Shown here: one piece after another, positions 31,158 through 44,065 of the stretch
Numbering within the stretch: the stretch's first letter is position 1
How the letters are laid out: each line of letters starts with the position of its first letter
From: an uncultured Spirochaetota bacterium
GTDB lineage: Bacteria; Spirochaetota; UBA4802; UBA5550
Assembly: GCA_963827275.1 (NCBI GenBank)
Contig: CAWHAA010000001.1
Coordinates: 64,001 to 128,000 of the forward strand
Direction: 5' to 3'
DNA: 64,000 nucleotides
Position numbers and translations under genes: made by a program
The notes under the pieces: generated by a model
Database searches by the model: none
What the model saw: only the letters and a program-made list of their open reading frames with translations
Told to the model about the DNA's origin: nothing

Positions 31158-34100
31158 TTACAGATAATCCTCAATCTCAAGCGACAGTTCCGAGCAGATA
31201 TCAACCAGCTCTTTCAGCGTCGCCTTGTTGGGATACGTAGCATTGTAATACGCCGAATCCCACATGGAGCCGCTGTTGAGAAGATCGTACATCTCGGGTA
31301 TGACCTCCCCGGCCGTATCGCCATGGATGAGCAGGTCAACCAGGTAATCATTGATCTCGTAATCAGCCGGATTGTCCCAGATGCCGTCGCCATTAGTGTC
31401 TATTCCGTCATTATCGACGTCCATGAGCGACTTGAGGGCAATGAGCAGATTTTCATAGTGGCCGGTGGCCGACGTCATGACCTCGGGCAGGTATGTGCGG
31501 AGAATGTCCCGCAGTTCCGTATTGGTCACCCAGCCGCCATCATACCGCGCCATCAGCACCCCCAGGGTGTGCCGCAGCGCCTGCCGGTCCGCAGTGGTCA
31601 TCGTGGTGGCGGTGAGCATGTTATTTATGACATGCACCAGGTTCCCGTGCGTCGACTCGCTGCCCATTATATAGTACGGGCCCGCGCTGTTGCCCATCAT
31701 CTCGCCTGCCGCATTCAGGAGCCGGTCATAGTTGTTCCACGCGGCCCCGATCGGGTGGTCGTCTATGAATTCCGATATCCCCGTGGTGTCGGTGTGGCCG
31801 ATCAGCTGATCGAGCGCCACTTCCAGGTCTGCGCTGATCGGCGCCGGCGTTCCGGTGACACGGCTCGCCACATCAGTGTACATCCACCCGTAGCGGTTGC
31901 TGTTGAGCTTCCGGTCATACCTGCCGGAGTCGATCCAGGAATAGCCGTTCACGTAGTTATTGCCCCTGTCTATCTGCAGCGAGGTCACGACCTGCTCAAG
32001 GCCCTTCGACACATTCTCGAGCACCCCGCCGCCGGCCGCGCCGTCCCTGTAGGGGTTCAGGCTTGACGAGCTGTTGTTGCCCATTCTCTGGAGCAGGCCC
32101 AGCAGCTTCGTCACAAGGTAGATATTGTTGTTGGCCAGCGTGGGGATGAGGCCGTCGTTATAGGTCGCGCCGACATTCTGGTCAGCCAGGAACTTGCCGA
32201 GAGGATACAGCGTGTTGAGCGGCCTGAAGCTGTTCCAGTTATTGTACGGAGCGGCGGTGAACGGCGCGAAATAATCGAACACCCCGGATCCTGTCTCGTC
32301 CATCATCCGCGGCACCCATCGTTTGCCATATACGGCCCCCCCGTCATCATACAGCCTCATGAGCGGCTTGGAAAGGGGGATCATGATGCCTTCCAGGAAA
32401 TCGAGCAGCGGATACTTGTGGCTCGTGCTGGCATAATTGTAGTTATACCCGGAAGAGGCGGCTTCATAATAGGTGCCGTCCGAAAGCATGCCGGCAAGCG
32501 CGACAAACAGCGCGAGCACCTTGTTCCTGCCCGTGTAGCACGCGTCGCTCGTCAGGAAGCCCCTGCCCGCCGGGGCCGCCGTTGCCGATACCGGCACGGA
32601 CCCGATATACCCGGGCTGGTCGACAAAACCGAGCCGCTGCACCGGCGCCAGGTTCCCGCCGATTATGTCCGGAAGCACGTGGCCGCTGCCGAACAGGCCA
32701 TACAGTACGTTAGGATTCATCTCTCCATTTGTGGTCGTGCCAGGCGCCGCTGCGAAGTAAAATAATGGGCAAATGTCAGTACCCGCGAGTCGCCCGGCCG
32801 GTACGAGTTGCCGTAATCAGGGCTGTTTCTGTTGCCCACCGGGTCAGCACCGACCCCCTCCGTGTTCCTGACGTTCCAGTAGCCGTTGCCGGTTGAATTC
32901 TTCTTGAGGTTGGCAAGCCCCACAAGGCCGTTTGCTTCCAGCACGACATACGCACCGGAATCAAGATAGGCGGTAGAAGTATAACCGGAGTGCTGAAGCC
33001 TCCCATGCGGCAAACAGGCATTGTGGAATTATGAACATGAACTTCTTCTCATACAGGAGCCACTGGTAGTTGCGGAAGATGGCCTCCTCATGGGTCGCGC
33101 ATTCCCTGGCCATGTTCCCGAGGACCGGGTAATTGGCGTCATCAGCGTTGGCCACATTCGCATTGGACCCTTCCCAGACACGCTCCCTGGTCCAGAACTG
33201 CTGCGCGCTGAAGCTGCCAGACGCAAGGTAATACTTGCCCCTGCCCGAATCATAGTAACCGCCGCTGGCGCCATACGGGTTCATCGGAGGAACGCAAAAA
33301 GCAAGTGGATTGGCATCACGAAACCATGGTTGCAAAACAAAGCGCTGTCCTAGCATGTTCGTGGCCCTTCTGTACCGCGTAATAATCAGACTTGTATGTG
33401 TCCCGGTAGCGGTTGAAGCGCTGTCCGTTCGCGTCATCCGGGTCCGCCACGTCGTTGCTGATGGTCACGCCATCGCGATTTCTACAGTTCCCGGAATCCT
33501 TGCTCGGGTAGAAATAGACCCAGGGAGTGCCGGTCTTGTCCACGTACGCGTATACCTCGCCGTTTGGCTTGTAGTACACAGAGAATGTAGCGTGCCCGGT
33601 CCAGGTGGGAGCGGGCGACAGGCTGGTATTGGGCACCCCGTCAGAGGTGGAATAATACGGGCCCGCCCCGTCCCAGCAGGAGCGCGAGATCCAGTTGAAC
33701 TGCCAGGACGCGGTATTCAGGCACCCCTTGCCGTCCGCGACTTTTGGAAAATAGGTGCGGAAGTCATTGCGGTCAAACGTGGCGCCCGGCGCGGTGATCG
33801 TGGAGCTGTTCGAATTCGGCCTCAGGCTGTCATTATTGTTATGCACGGGCCTGCCGCCGTTGGGGATCCCGACGTCCCCTGCCGCTGACGGCCCGAGCAG
33901 GCACTGCGCGGGAAAATCGTATCCCATGTAGTACTCGTACGCGTCGTCCCCGGTCTGGGCTGTAGCGCCGCCGGCCGGCGTAAAAGATGAATTCGACCGC
34001 CACACATACTTGCCCTGCCCGGTATGCGAACCCCCCGTCCATCGTCCCAATTGATATCTCTGGGCCAGTGACAGGTTGTACGCGTCAGTCCATACATCAA

Positions 34101-35724
34101 GAGTGGTCATTAGCCAGATAGCTACGTTGCTAATATGTTACCCCGCCGCTCGTCCACGAGTACATGGTGTCATTGACCGTGAGCACGCCGCGGGTGGACG
34201 CCCCATGCTGGTATGAGATGGTGTTTGTAGCGCCGTAGTTGGCGTTTCCGGTAGGCACCCTGGTTCGTGTCCGGCTCGCCGCTCGCTGCAGCAGGGGAGA
34301 CCGGCCTGGTCAGGAAGCCGTAGTTGTATCCCACGCCGATGGTGATCGCCGTATGGTCAAGCAGTGACACCTTGTATGCGGCGGTCGAGCGGTCTTCGCC
34401 ATAGGCGTTGTAGGTCACCATTTTCTTCAGTGAGGGCTCAACCTCGTTGCCCGCCTGCGAGTAGTCAATGCCCGAGACCTTGAGCTGGTAGAGGCCGCGC
34501 GCCAGCATCTCCACCGGAGACTGCGTGGCGGCCGGGGTCTGTCCCACGATCGAGTTGTCGGTATTGTCCTCCGCGTCATCGCGCTCGCGGAGGAAGAGCT
34601 TCGCGATCGAAGGCCACATCTCCTTCAGCGAGTTGTGGAGCTCCGCGTTCGTATAGTAGTTGTTCGGCGACGCCGCCATGGGGTGGTTGTAATCGCCCGA
34701 GAAGTTCGCGCCGCCCACCGTATAGTAGTCCTCGATGTTGGTAAGCAGGTATTTGAGCACCGGGTAATAGGTCGGTCCCGCGCCCTTGAGTGAATAGATC
34801 ATCTCCCCGACGACACGGAGCATGTCATACAGGTCTTCGCGCGCCGCTGCGCCGTCTAGGGTGTTCGTGGTCGAAATCATGCCGGTCAGGCCCGCCAGGA
34901 GAAAATCCACGCCGGCCACCGAGTTGCCCAGGCCGTTAGATTCCGATCCGTGGGCGTCCAGCGGGTCGTCAAACTCGATATAGCTAGTCCGCTCTCATGA
35001 GGATCTTGCCCAGGCCTTCCTGCATGGTGTAGAGCAGGCCGGTAAAATTCTGGTCGGTCGTGTCGGAGAGGAAGCTCCGCAGGTCTGCCATGATCGTCTC
35101 CATCTCCGCCGACGAATACGTGTCATCGATGTAATCGACGCCCTTGTACATGAGCTGGTACACGTCGTGCTTCATGTCGAGATCGGCGTCGTCGAGCTTG
35201 TCCATGTAGGTATAGAGCTCGTCGATGTAGCTGCCGCCGGTGTCGTCAAGCGTCTCCTGGTTGATGATGTATCCCACGATATCGCGCAGGGCGGCAAAGA
35301 GGCCGTACGCGCCGTGGCCGGTGCCGTAGTCATCGGCAAGGCCGGGCACGACCTCGGTCAGCACGTCGAATGCCGCGACACGCCTGAATTCATTGGGATC
35401 GGAAATCCCCGCCCCATCCGGCGCGGGATTGTCAATTATCTGGTTGATATTATCCACCAGCATGGTCCGGTAGTCCGGTGCGTCGATTAAGAGGTTAAAC
35501 GACCCCGGGCTGAACAATTCGCCGATCGCCGAAACCGCCTCCCCGGCAAAATCGTCAAGATTATCGAGGTCAGGCAGGCCGGTGAACGGGTTGGTCGTAT
35601 CTCCCGGCTCGGCGGAAACGTGGTTATTCTGGAAAAACGGCTTTGCGTCCTCGCTGGAACAGCCCGTCGCCAGTGCCACCAGCGCTATTATTGATAAAAC
35701 CATGATTGATTTCAGGAATCTCAT
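31158..35724 (-). CDS. Giant lipoprotein paralogue B (~1500 aa), broken by five or more frameshifts (errors or pseudogene)
   Basis: Lipobox LATG-C after ATG 35724. Fragments 34984-35793, 34170-34919, 33316-34110, 32961-33437, 32717-33013/32776-33021 and 31158-32720 are colinear with paralogue A. Confidence 0.8.
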
Positions 35725-35789
35725 ATGCTCCTCCGCAAAAATTGAACTAAGGACACGGATAGTTGACATGATCGTTCTCCGTATGCCCA

Positions 35790-38700
35790 TCATCTGCCCG
35801 CCGGGGACAGGATCAGCCCGAGCGTCTTGTACGGGTTGAATTCCAGGAACTCGCTCTCTTCATTGGTCAGCGCGTACACGGATGAAACGTACGAGCCGGT
35901 GCCTTCAAAAACCATCCTGGTGTACCAGTCCTGGCCGATCATATCGACCATGTCGATCAGCAGCTCGGTCAGGCTGTTCTCCCCTATCCATATGCTTGGA
36001 CGCGCCGCGGGGTCGCAGAAGAACGGATCGTGCAGCATGTTGTAGAGGTCGTCGATGAGCACCGACCAGGGATAGGCCGTCGAGAACCCGTAGAAGATCG
36101 AGGGCATGATGCCGTCAATCTTGAACAGGTTGTACGCGACAAGCATCAGGTCGTCATACTCGCCCTCGAAGGTCTCCATGATGTCCGGCAGGTAATTGGT
36201 CAGCAGGGTCTGGAGATCGGTCGTCGTGCTCCAGCTCGTGCCGTTGTAGGTTGCCATGATGATGCCCAGGGTGTGCCGCAGGCCCTTGAGCTCGTCATCC
36301 GTCGCGGTGACGCGGGAGAGGAACTTCTCAAGCAGGGAAGTGATCTCCGGCATTATGTAATAGGTGTCGCCGTTCGGGCCGTCGTCGGCCAGCAGGCTCC
36401 GCATCGCGTCAACCATCCGGTACAGGTTGCTCCAGTCCCAGTGATGGCCGTCGGGAAGGTGGCGGTACGTTTCATAGAAGGTATTCGCCGCGGACCCTGC
36501 CGCGCGCCGGTTGACAAATCCGACGAAGCCCTTGCCGGTTGTCGAGAGCGTGGCCCCGGCTACCACGTCCCGGTAGCCCACCGCCTCTTCGAGCAGCGTA
36601 TCGACGCTGCAGTCCGTCGGCCGCAGGTTAAAGAGGAACCCCAGGTTACCGTAATCCACCGTGGTGTAGCTGTCGTCGCCGTACACGGCCGGCGTACTCG
36701 CTTCTTCTTTCGCGATAATATCGCCCTTTGAGGCCTTGACCGCCGTGATCACCTGTTCCAGGCCGCCGAAGATCTTGTCCTTGGTCGGCTGGGTGACCGT
36801 GCCGCCGTCAATCCGCTGGAGCAGGGCCATGAGCCGTGAGAGCGTGTTCGTCTCCATGAGGAGCGGGATGAGGCCGTTGTGCATGCCCGGGTCGTTCTCC
36901 GTCATGACGTTCACCAGCGTCCGTATGCCCGTGCGCGGACGCATGTCGATGCCGGCATGAGTGGGGCCGGTCTGTACCCATTCCTCGGTATTTCCGTCGC
37001 CGTCCGTGTCATCCTCGTCCCAGATGACCGCGGGCGAAAGATAGGCGTAATTGTCCGGCTCAACGGTCGTGTTGTTGTCGGGATGGTACTTGATGCGGGG
37101 CACCCATCGCTTGCCCTCCGGGACCGTGATGTGCCGCATCCAGGGTTTCACGAGCGGCGGAATCAGTCCGCGAGCACGGTGCGAAGCGGGTACTTGTGAC
37201 CGGTCCCCGCGTAATAGTAGTTGTTGTTGCCGGAGCCGTTTTCATAATAGGAGCACTTGTGGAGCTCGCCCACCGCCGCCACGACGAGGGGGAACAGCGT
37301 GCTCCGGTCGGTCCATGCCGAATCCGAGGTGGTCCAGTCGCTGGCATCGCCGGAATACATGTCCGTGCTCATCGAACCCCTGGCCGGGCCGTCGCTTAAA
37401 AACACCATGCGTCCCACCGGCTCCATGTTCTGGGCGATGATCTCCGGGAGGACCCGGCCCTTGCCCAGTATGTTCTGCCAGATAAGGTCAACGGAGACCG
37501 CGACATGCTCGCGGCAGAAGATCATGATGCGGGCGTCGCCCGGCTCGTACGAATCGCCGTAGTTGACCGCCCAGCCGCGCCGGGCCAGCTCGGTCGCGTC
37601 AAGGACGCCCGTGCCCTCGTCAAGCCGCTTGACCCAGTAGCCGTTCCCCTTGGCGGGGTTCGTCGGGTCCGCCGAATCATACCCCTTGGTCGCGTTCGCG
37701 AGGCCCGTCAGGCCGTTCGCCTCTATCACGATGTAGGACGCGGCGTTCGCGCCCACGGTGGCGAGCCACATGGGGATGATGAACGCGAACTTCTTCTCGT
37801 TCGCGAGCCACTGGAAGTTGCGCACCATCGCCTCTTCCTGGGTCGCGCAGGCCCGTCCGCTGTAATCCGAGCGGACCTTTTCCCACAAGATGAACTGCTT
37901 CGCGGCGGTATGCGTCAGCCCGGTATCGGGATCGTTGTCGCGAAGCCGGTACTTGTCGTTCCCGATGGCGCCCATGACGTACTTGGGCACTTTATTTACA
38001 GAATAACTCTGCGGGCTGGTCAATGACGTAGCCGTGCTGATCGTAATCTGTGTTGCGGTATTGCCGGTAATAAGATAATTCTGGCCCCCCATGAAGAGAT
38101 ACGTTCCAATTAAATCGTTCGTAACCCACGATTTCGAGGTATCAGTAACAGTGGTGGATGATATACCCGTGGTGGTGCCCGTATATATGCTCGGCATGGT
38201 GTTGTCAGAGTTCACCGGCGGAGGGCAATAATAGTCGGAGAACCCTGCCCGGATAAGATAGTAGTCCGATACAAGGGTCTCGGTATACGCGTTCTCGCGC
38301 CATCCGTCGCTGTTCGCGTCAGCGTCATTGCCGCCGTCTTCAGGATAATAGTACGCGCCACCGGCCGTCCGGACAGCATACATCCTTCCATCGGGCCGGT
38401 AGTATACCGTTCCGTTCACGCCATTGATAGTATCTGTTCTCGATCCCGCTGTGGCGTAATAGGGGCCCTCCCCTTCCCAGCATATCCGCGCGATCATGCC
38501 CATCATGACGGCCGCGGTATTCAGCTCGCCGATGCCGTTCCCGACCTTCGGGAAGTAGGTCTTGTAGTTCTCGCCCGTGGTGACATCGTCGGTGGTCATG
38601 GTAAGGGTCACCGCCCTGTTCCCGCCGTTGGGCAGGCCCGCGTCGCCCGCGCACTTGGCCGGGAGGAGGCAGAACGCCGGGAAGTCGTATCCCAGGTAGA

Positions 38701-40267
38701 ACTTATGGTCGGCCAGCTGTGCATTGGTAAAGGGATCGGAGCTCCTGCCGATGAAATCGGCCTGCTGGGTCCTCTTGTTCAGCGCGAGGGCATAGGCGTC
38801 CAGGGTCATGAACTCGCTGCTCCGGAGGCTGTACATGGAATCGTTCAGGGTCAGGACGCCGTTGGTGGAGGCGCCGTGGCCCCTGTCGAAGTTCGGGGCC
38901 GGCTCATTGTCGTCATTCATGCTCGCCTTGTACCCGAAGTTGGACGCTATCGCGAGCGTAAAGAGCAGCCGCTCGAGGTAGGAGGCGTCAATGGCGCTCC
39001 GGTCCTCGCCCGAGGCGCCGTTCTCCAGCATCTGCTTCAGGGAGCCTTCAAGCGTGTAGGTGCTGAAATCGACGCCCGCGACCCCGAGCTTGCCCAGCGC
39101 GCCGGCTATTACCTGAAGGGGCGACCTGTGCATGGTTGCGTCATAGTCCCTGAGTATCGCGTAATCGGTCTTGTCGTCCTTGATCATCAGAAGCTGCAGG
39201 ACCGGCCAGAGCTCGAGCACCGTGTTCGAAAGCTCGGCATCGACGTAGATCCCGCCGCTGTCCTGGCGGTAATCGGCGTTGACGGAGTAAACGGAACCGT
39301 CAACCGTATAATACTTTTCCAGGTTGACCAGGAGCTCTTTCAGCACCGACTTGATGAGCTTCCCGTTGGCATCCTTGGTCATGAGACGGCCCACTTCGAG
39401 GAGTGTGTCGCTCAGTATCGGGATCACACCGCTGTCCTGCGCCGCGATCGCGTTCAGTCCCGAGAGGAGAAGATCGACCCCCTCGACCGCGTCACCCAGG
39501 TAGGTGTTGTCCGCGCCGCCGGTCTGGTCGGCAAGCCCGGTAAGCCCCATGTAGTCGTCGTTCCGCAGCAGGAGCTTGCTCAGGGCTTCTTGAAGGAGGG
39601 GGAGCATGTTGTATATGTTCTGCGCGTCCGTGTCGCCGCCGTCTGTCTCAAGCAGCGGCGAACCGTACGCGGGCCCGTTCTCTTTCAGCATGTAGAGCAG
39701 GTCGTTCGTGATATCGACAAGTTCAGATCCATGAACGACGTTTATATACTGTAAAAGTTTCGCAATGACCGGCATCAGGTTCTCGCTGAACCGCGCGTTC
39801 GAATCGGAGAGCTTGTCCAGGAATGACAGGGAATCGTCATAATACGAGGTCAATGTGGAATCGGCTATATTGCCCCAGTTTTCTTCATCACGGGTGTCCT
39901 GGCTTCTCAGCCTGTCGATCAGATCACCCATGGAGGAGAGGGTATTGAACAGCGGCTCAGATGGTTTCTCGATAAGATCGTCCAGCAGGCCGATGACATC
40001 TTTCAGCTGGTCCGTCGGTGTGTCGCCGATGAGGGCAGCCATCCCCTGGTTGAAGACAAAGGACTGCACCTTGTCCCACCCGTCTTTTATGCTCGGATAA
40101 TCCTTGAAGATGTTGAACAGGTCAAAATCTGAAGGCGGGTCATTGGTCTGGAACCCGCTCGTTCTCTCTTCGGCTTTTTCCAGAAAACCTTCACTCGAGC
40201 AGGACGAAACGCTGATTAACACCGCAATAGTAACAATTAATGAAAAAAATCTGACGATCTTCATCAC
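35790..40267 (-). CDS. Giant lipoprotein paralogue A (~1490 aa), one frameshift near 37165
   Basis: Lipobox VSS-C. HKYPLRTVL|GLIPPLVKPWMR joins the two ORFs and matches HKYPLLDFLEGIMIPLSKPLMR in paralogue B. Confidence 0.85.
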
Positions 40268-40653
40268 CCCTCCTAAAATTGTTCATGAAATAATCAGAGA
40301 AAATAACCGTCCAGCCGGTTATTATTATTTATTAGCTAAAAAAGGTTTATTTATATAAAAAAATTTACACCCTATGCGTAAGTAATATAAAAAAATTAAC
40401 CGGCAAAGGCGAGAATTTCTTCAAAAAAATAACCCTATCAGGCTTTAAATATGCGAACATGTAACATAATTATAGCATAAAATGAATTATGTCCAACAAT
40501 ATATCATAGCATATCACAATACTAAAAAATTGCAATAAAAAAACCGACGGTTCAGTTTTTTGATACCACTACCCGCCGCCAAAGCGGTTCAGGGGGATAT
40601 ACCGCTGCCGCGCCCCTGAAAAGGGCGGCAGGGCAGGCAGATGGGCCGTTACG

Positions 40654-42280
40654 TTACCGCCCTTTCCCGCTCTCTATCGAGGCCCGGATAAAATCCTTGA
40701 ACAGGGGGTGGGGATTGACCGGCCTGGATTTGAATTCCGGGTGGAACTGCGTGGCGATGAACCACGGGTGGTCGCGGAGTTCGATGGTCTCCACCAGGTC
40801 GATGGGCGTATGGATGCCGCCGAATACCATGCCGTTCTTTTCGAAGATCTCCCGGTAGCGGTTGGTGAATTCGTACCGGTGCCGGTGGCGCTCCATGACC
40901 GATTCCTTCCCGTATATCGACCTGATCCTGCTCCCTTCAACAAGCGAGCACTGGTACGCGCCGAGCCGCATGGTGCCGCCCTTCCCCAGCACCAGTTCCT
41001 GGTCCTCGAGCAGCGATATGACCGGGTGCGGCGTATCGGGGTTGAACTCCTTCGAATTGGCGCCGTCAAGGCCGCACTTGTTGCGGGCGAACTCTATCAC
41101 GGCGCACTGCAGGCCCAGACAGATCCCGAAGAAGGGGATGCCGTTGCTGCGCGCGTACGAGATGGCCATGACCTTCCCCTCGATGCCGCGGTCGCCGAAC
41201 CCGCCCGGCACCAGGACGCCGTCGATGCCGCGCAGCAGCTCGTCCACGCTCTCCGGCTTCTTTTCCAGGTCCTCCGAATCGATACGGACGAGGTCAAGCC
41301 GCGCCCTGTTCGCCACCGCTCCGTGCAGGATCGCCTCATAGATGGAGCGGTACGAATCCTGGAGCGAGATATACTTCCCCACCACCGCGATGCGGACATC
41401 GCGCTCGGGGTTGAGCAGCGAATGCCTGAACCTGTCCCACGCCGGAATCTTGAGCGGCTTGACGTCCATCTTGAAATTTTCCAGCACGATCGTGTCATAT
41501 TCATTTTGATGGAACATGTAGGGCACTTCGTAGATCGACCCGGGCACGTCCACCGCGGAGATGACGTTCCGCTCCGACACGTTGCAGAAGAGGGCGATCT
41601 TGCTCTTTAAATCCGGGGCGAGCGGCTGGGTCGTCCGGCACAGGAGTATGTCGGGGATGATGCCCAGCTCCATCAGCTCCTTGACGGAATGCTGCGTCGG
41701 CTTTGTCTTCTGCTCGCCCGCCGCGGACAGGGTGGGGACCAGGGTGAGGTGCACGTTGAGGACCCGGTTGGAGCCCAGCTCCTGCCGGATCTGGCGGATC
41801 GCCTCGAGGAACGGGATCGATTCGATGTCGCCCACGGTGCCGCCGATCTCCACCATGACGAAGTCGAGGTCGTAGCTGGCGGCCACGTTGTAGATCCTGC
41901 TTTTTATCTCGTCGGTGATGTGCGGAATGACCTGCACCGTGCGCCCCAGGTAGTCGCCCCGCCGCTCCCGCTGGATGACGGTGTTGTATATCTGCCCCGT
42001 GGTCACCGAGTTCTTCCTGGAATACTCGGCCGCTGGTGAAGCGCTCGTAGTAGCCGAGGTCAAGGTCCGTCTCGGCCCCGTCCTCGGTGACATATACCTC
42101 ACCGTGCTGGAACGGGCTCATGGTCCCGGGGTCGATGTTGATGTAGGGGTCCATTTTTATAATGGAAACCCTGTAGCCGTGCCCCTCGAGGAGGAGCCCC
42201 AGCGACGCAATCGAGATCCCCTTTCCGAGGGACGAGCAGACGCCGCCCGTGACGAAAATAAATTTTGTATTAATGTTCAT
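40654..42280 (-). CDS. pyrG: CTP synthase (1-nt frameshift near 42030)
   Basis: [46 protein letters not shown]. Confidence 0.97.
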
Positions 42281-42662
42281 ATGCCACCGCTGCCATCATG
42301 ATAATTCCCGTGCCGCGAGGCGCATTTCCGGCAGATTCTTTCCCTGGCCGGGGCGTTTCGCCAGCACACTAAACCCGATAATATGACATAATATAAATAG
42401 TCATGTAAATAAAAAAACCGGGTTGTTTATTACATGGGTGTTAATTTTTTAACACCGGCCCCGCCCCGCCTCATCAGAAATTTCGCCCGCCGCACCCTCA
42501 CCGCGCACGCGGGAATACGGGGCGGGATCTTTTTATAAAAAAGGTATATAAAAAATTTCATACAATAACCGTCAAACATGGCTTGACAATAATAGAGACA
42601 TCATCTTAAATTTATATTGAAGCCGCATTGAAAAGAATTTGGAAAATCTCAGAGGATACAAA

Positions 42663-43037
42663 ATGGTTGAAAAGCGCAGGTTCCCCCGGTTCGCATGCAA
42701 ATTAAAGACAAAATTCAATTTTTATGAAGGAAATCCGGAGACGATCGACTACGATATCACCATTCCATCCAAAGGAAAGGGGGTGATCTGCGATATCAGC
42801 CAGGGCGGAGCGCTCCTCATCACCTCCTCGCGGGTCGGCGCCGGCGTCCCCACCATGGTGGAATTCAAGACAAAAAAAAGCAAGCATGCGGTCCACGGCC
42901 GCATCGTCCGGACCGGGCTGTTAAAAAACAACCCGACAGAGGTAGCGCAGAAGATGTCAAAGTTCACGTCGTTCGGCGATTCGTATATCGCGATAGAATT
43001 CAAGGAGCCCATCGAGCTTTCCACAGATGAACTATAG
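42663..43037 (+). CDS. PilZ-domain protein
   Basis: KRRFPR and DISQGG. Confidence 0.85.
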   Translation: MVEKRRFPRFACKLKTKFNFYEGNPETIDYDITIPSKGKGVICDISQGGALLITSSRVGAGVPTMVEFKTKKSKHAVHGRIVRTGLLKNNPTEVAQKMSKFTSFGDSYIAIEFKEPIELSTDEL

Positions 43038-43042
43038 AAGTC

Positions 43043-43903
43043 ATGAAAAACGTAATCATCCGGATCAATGACATATCAGATATTGACACCTCGAAAATAT
43101 CTGTCTATGACCTCAACAACCGCTACGTGGACACCCATGGCACCATGTTCGGCCTCAGGTATAACAAGGGGGCCCGCAAGATCGAGGTCATCAAGATCGT
43201 GCGGACGCATGAAAAAAACGCGGCAAGCTTCCAGCAGAAGATAATACACAAGAAGAGGGACCAGGGGGACATGCCCCAGCCGGGCGATGACCTCCAGCTC
43301 CATGGCGAAGACGGCCCCTCCGAAGACGCGGAGGGGTTCTACAATCCCGAGTCGTTTATCGAAAAAACGATGGAGATGGCCAAGACCCACCGCGAACGGC
43401 TCAAGGGCATCATGATGAACATACGCAACTCCAACGTCATCACGAAGGAGAACAAGACCGAGAGCAACCAGCTCGAGGACATTTTCAGGAACATCGATAT
43501 CGACGGCATGCAGGGCATCGACAACCTCGTAAACTACCAGAAGGAGCTGATCAATTACCCGCGGTCGCTCACCTACTACCAGGCGAAGATGGACGACCGG
43601 GGGCGCGCCATCATCGACACCCTCGCCAGCGGCAACAGGAAGGTGATACGCTTCATCTATCTCGCCGAGATGCTCGACAATATCACCAGGCTGTACCGGA
43701 ACATCGACCGGATGATAAAGGCGCTCAAGGCCTTCTTCGATGAAAAAAACCTGGACGACGCCAAGTGGGTGTCCACCCACGAGCGGCAGTCATTCAAAGA
43801 CGGGATGGTATCAATCAATACCACCATCAATGAAATCGAGACGCTGCTTGACGACCTGAAACAGCTCGAGGAATACACCTTCACCCTGGAGCATTACACG
43901 TAG
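43043..43903 (+). CDS. Hypothetical protein
   Basis: 286-aa ORF with host-like codon usage, co-oriented with its neighbours. Confidence 0.75.
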   Translation: MKNVIIRINDISDIDTSKISVYDLNNRYVDTHGTMFGLRYNKGARKIEVIKIVRTHEKNAASFQQKIIHKKRDQGDMPQPGDDLQLHGEDGPSEDAEGFYNPESFIEKTMEMAKTHRERLKGIMMNIRNSNVITKENKTESNQLEDIFRNIDIDGMQGIDNLVNYQKELINYPRSLTYYQAKMDDRGRAIIDTLASGNRKVIRFIYLAEMLDNITRLYRNIDRMIKALKAFFDEKNLDDAKWVSTHERQSFKDGMVSINTTINEIETLLDDLKQLEEYTFTLEHYT

Positions 43904-44065
43904 GACCTCCCCCGCCGGCTTACATCCCGCCTCCGTTCTCAAGGCCCCCCTGCAAGGGACAGGGGCGTCTTCGACTTGAGGCCTGGTGGCATAACAAAAA
44001 TATTCCTTGCATAAAACGCCCTCTGTGAAAATTGTTACGCTGTATCCGCTATGGCTGAATGACCG

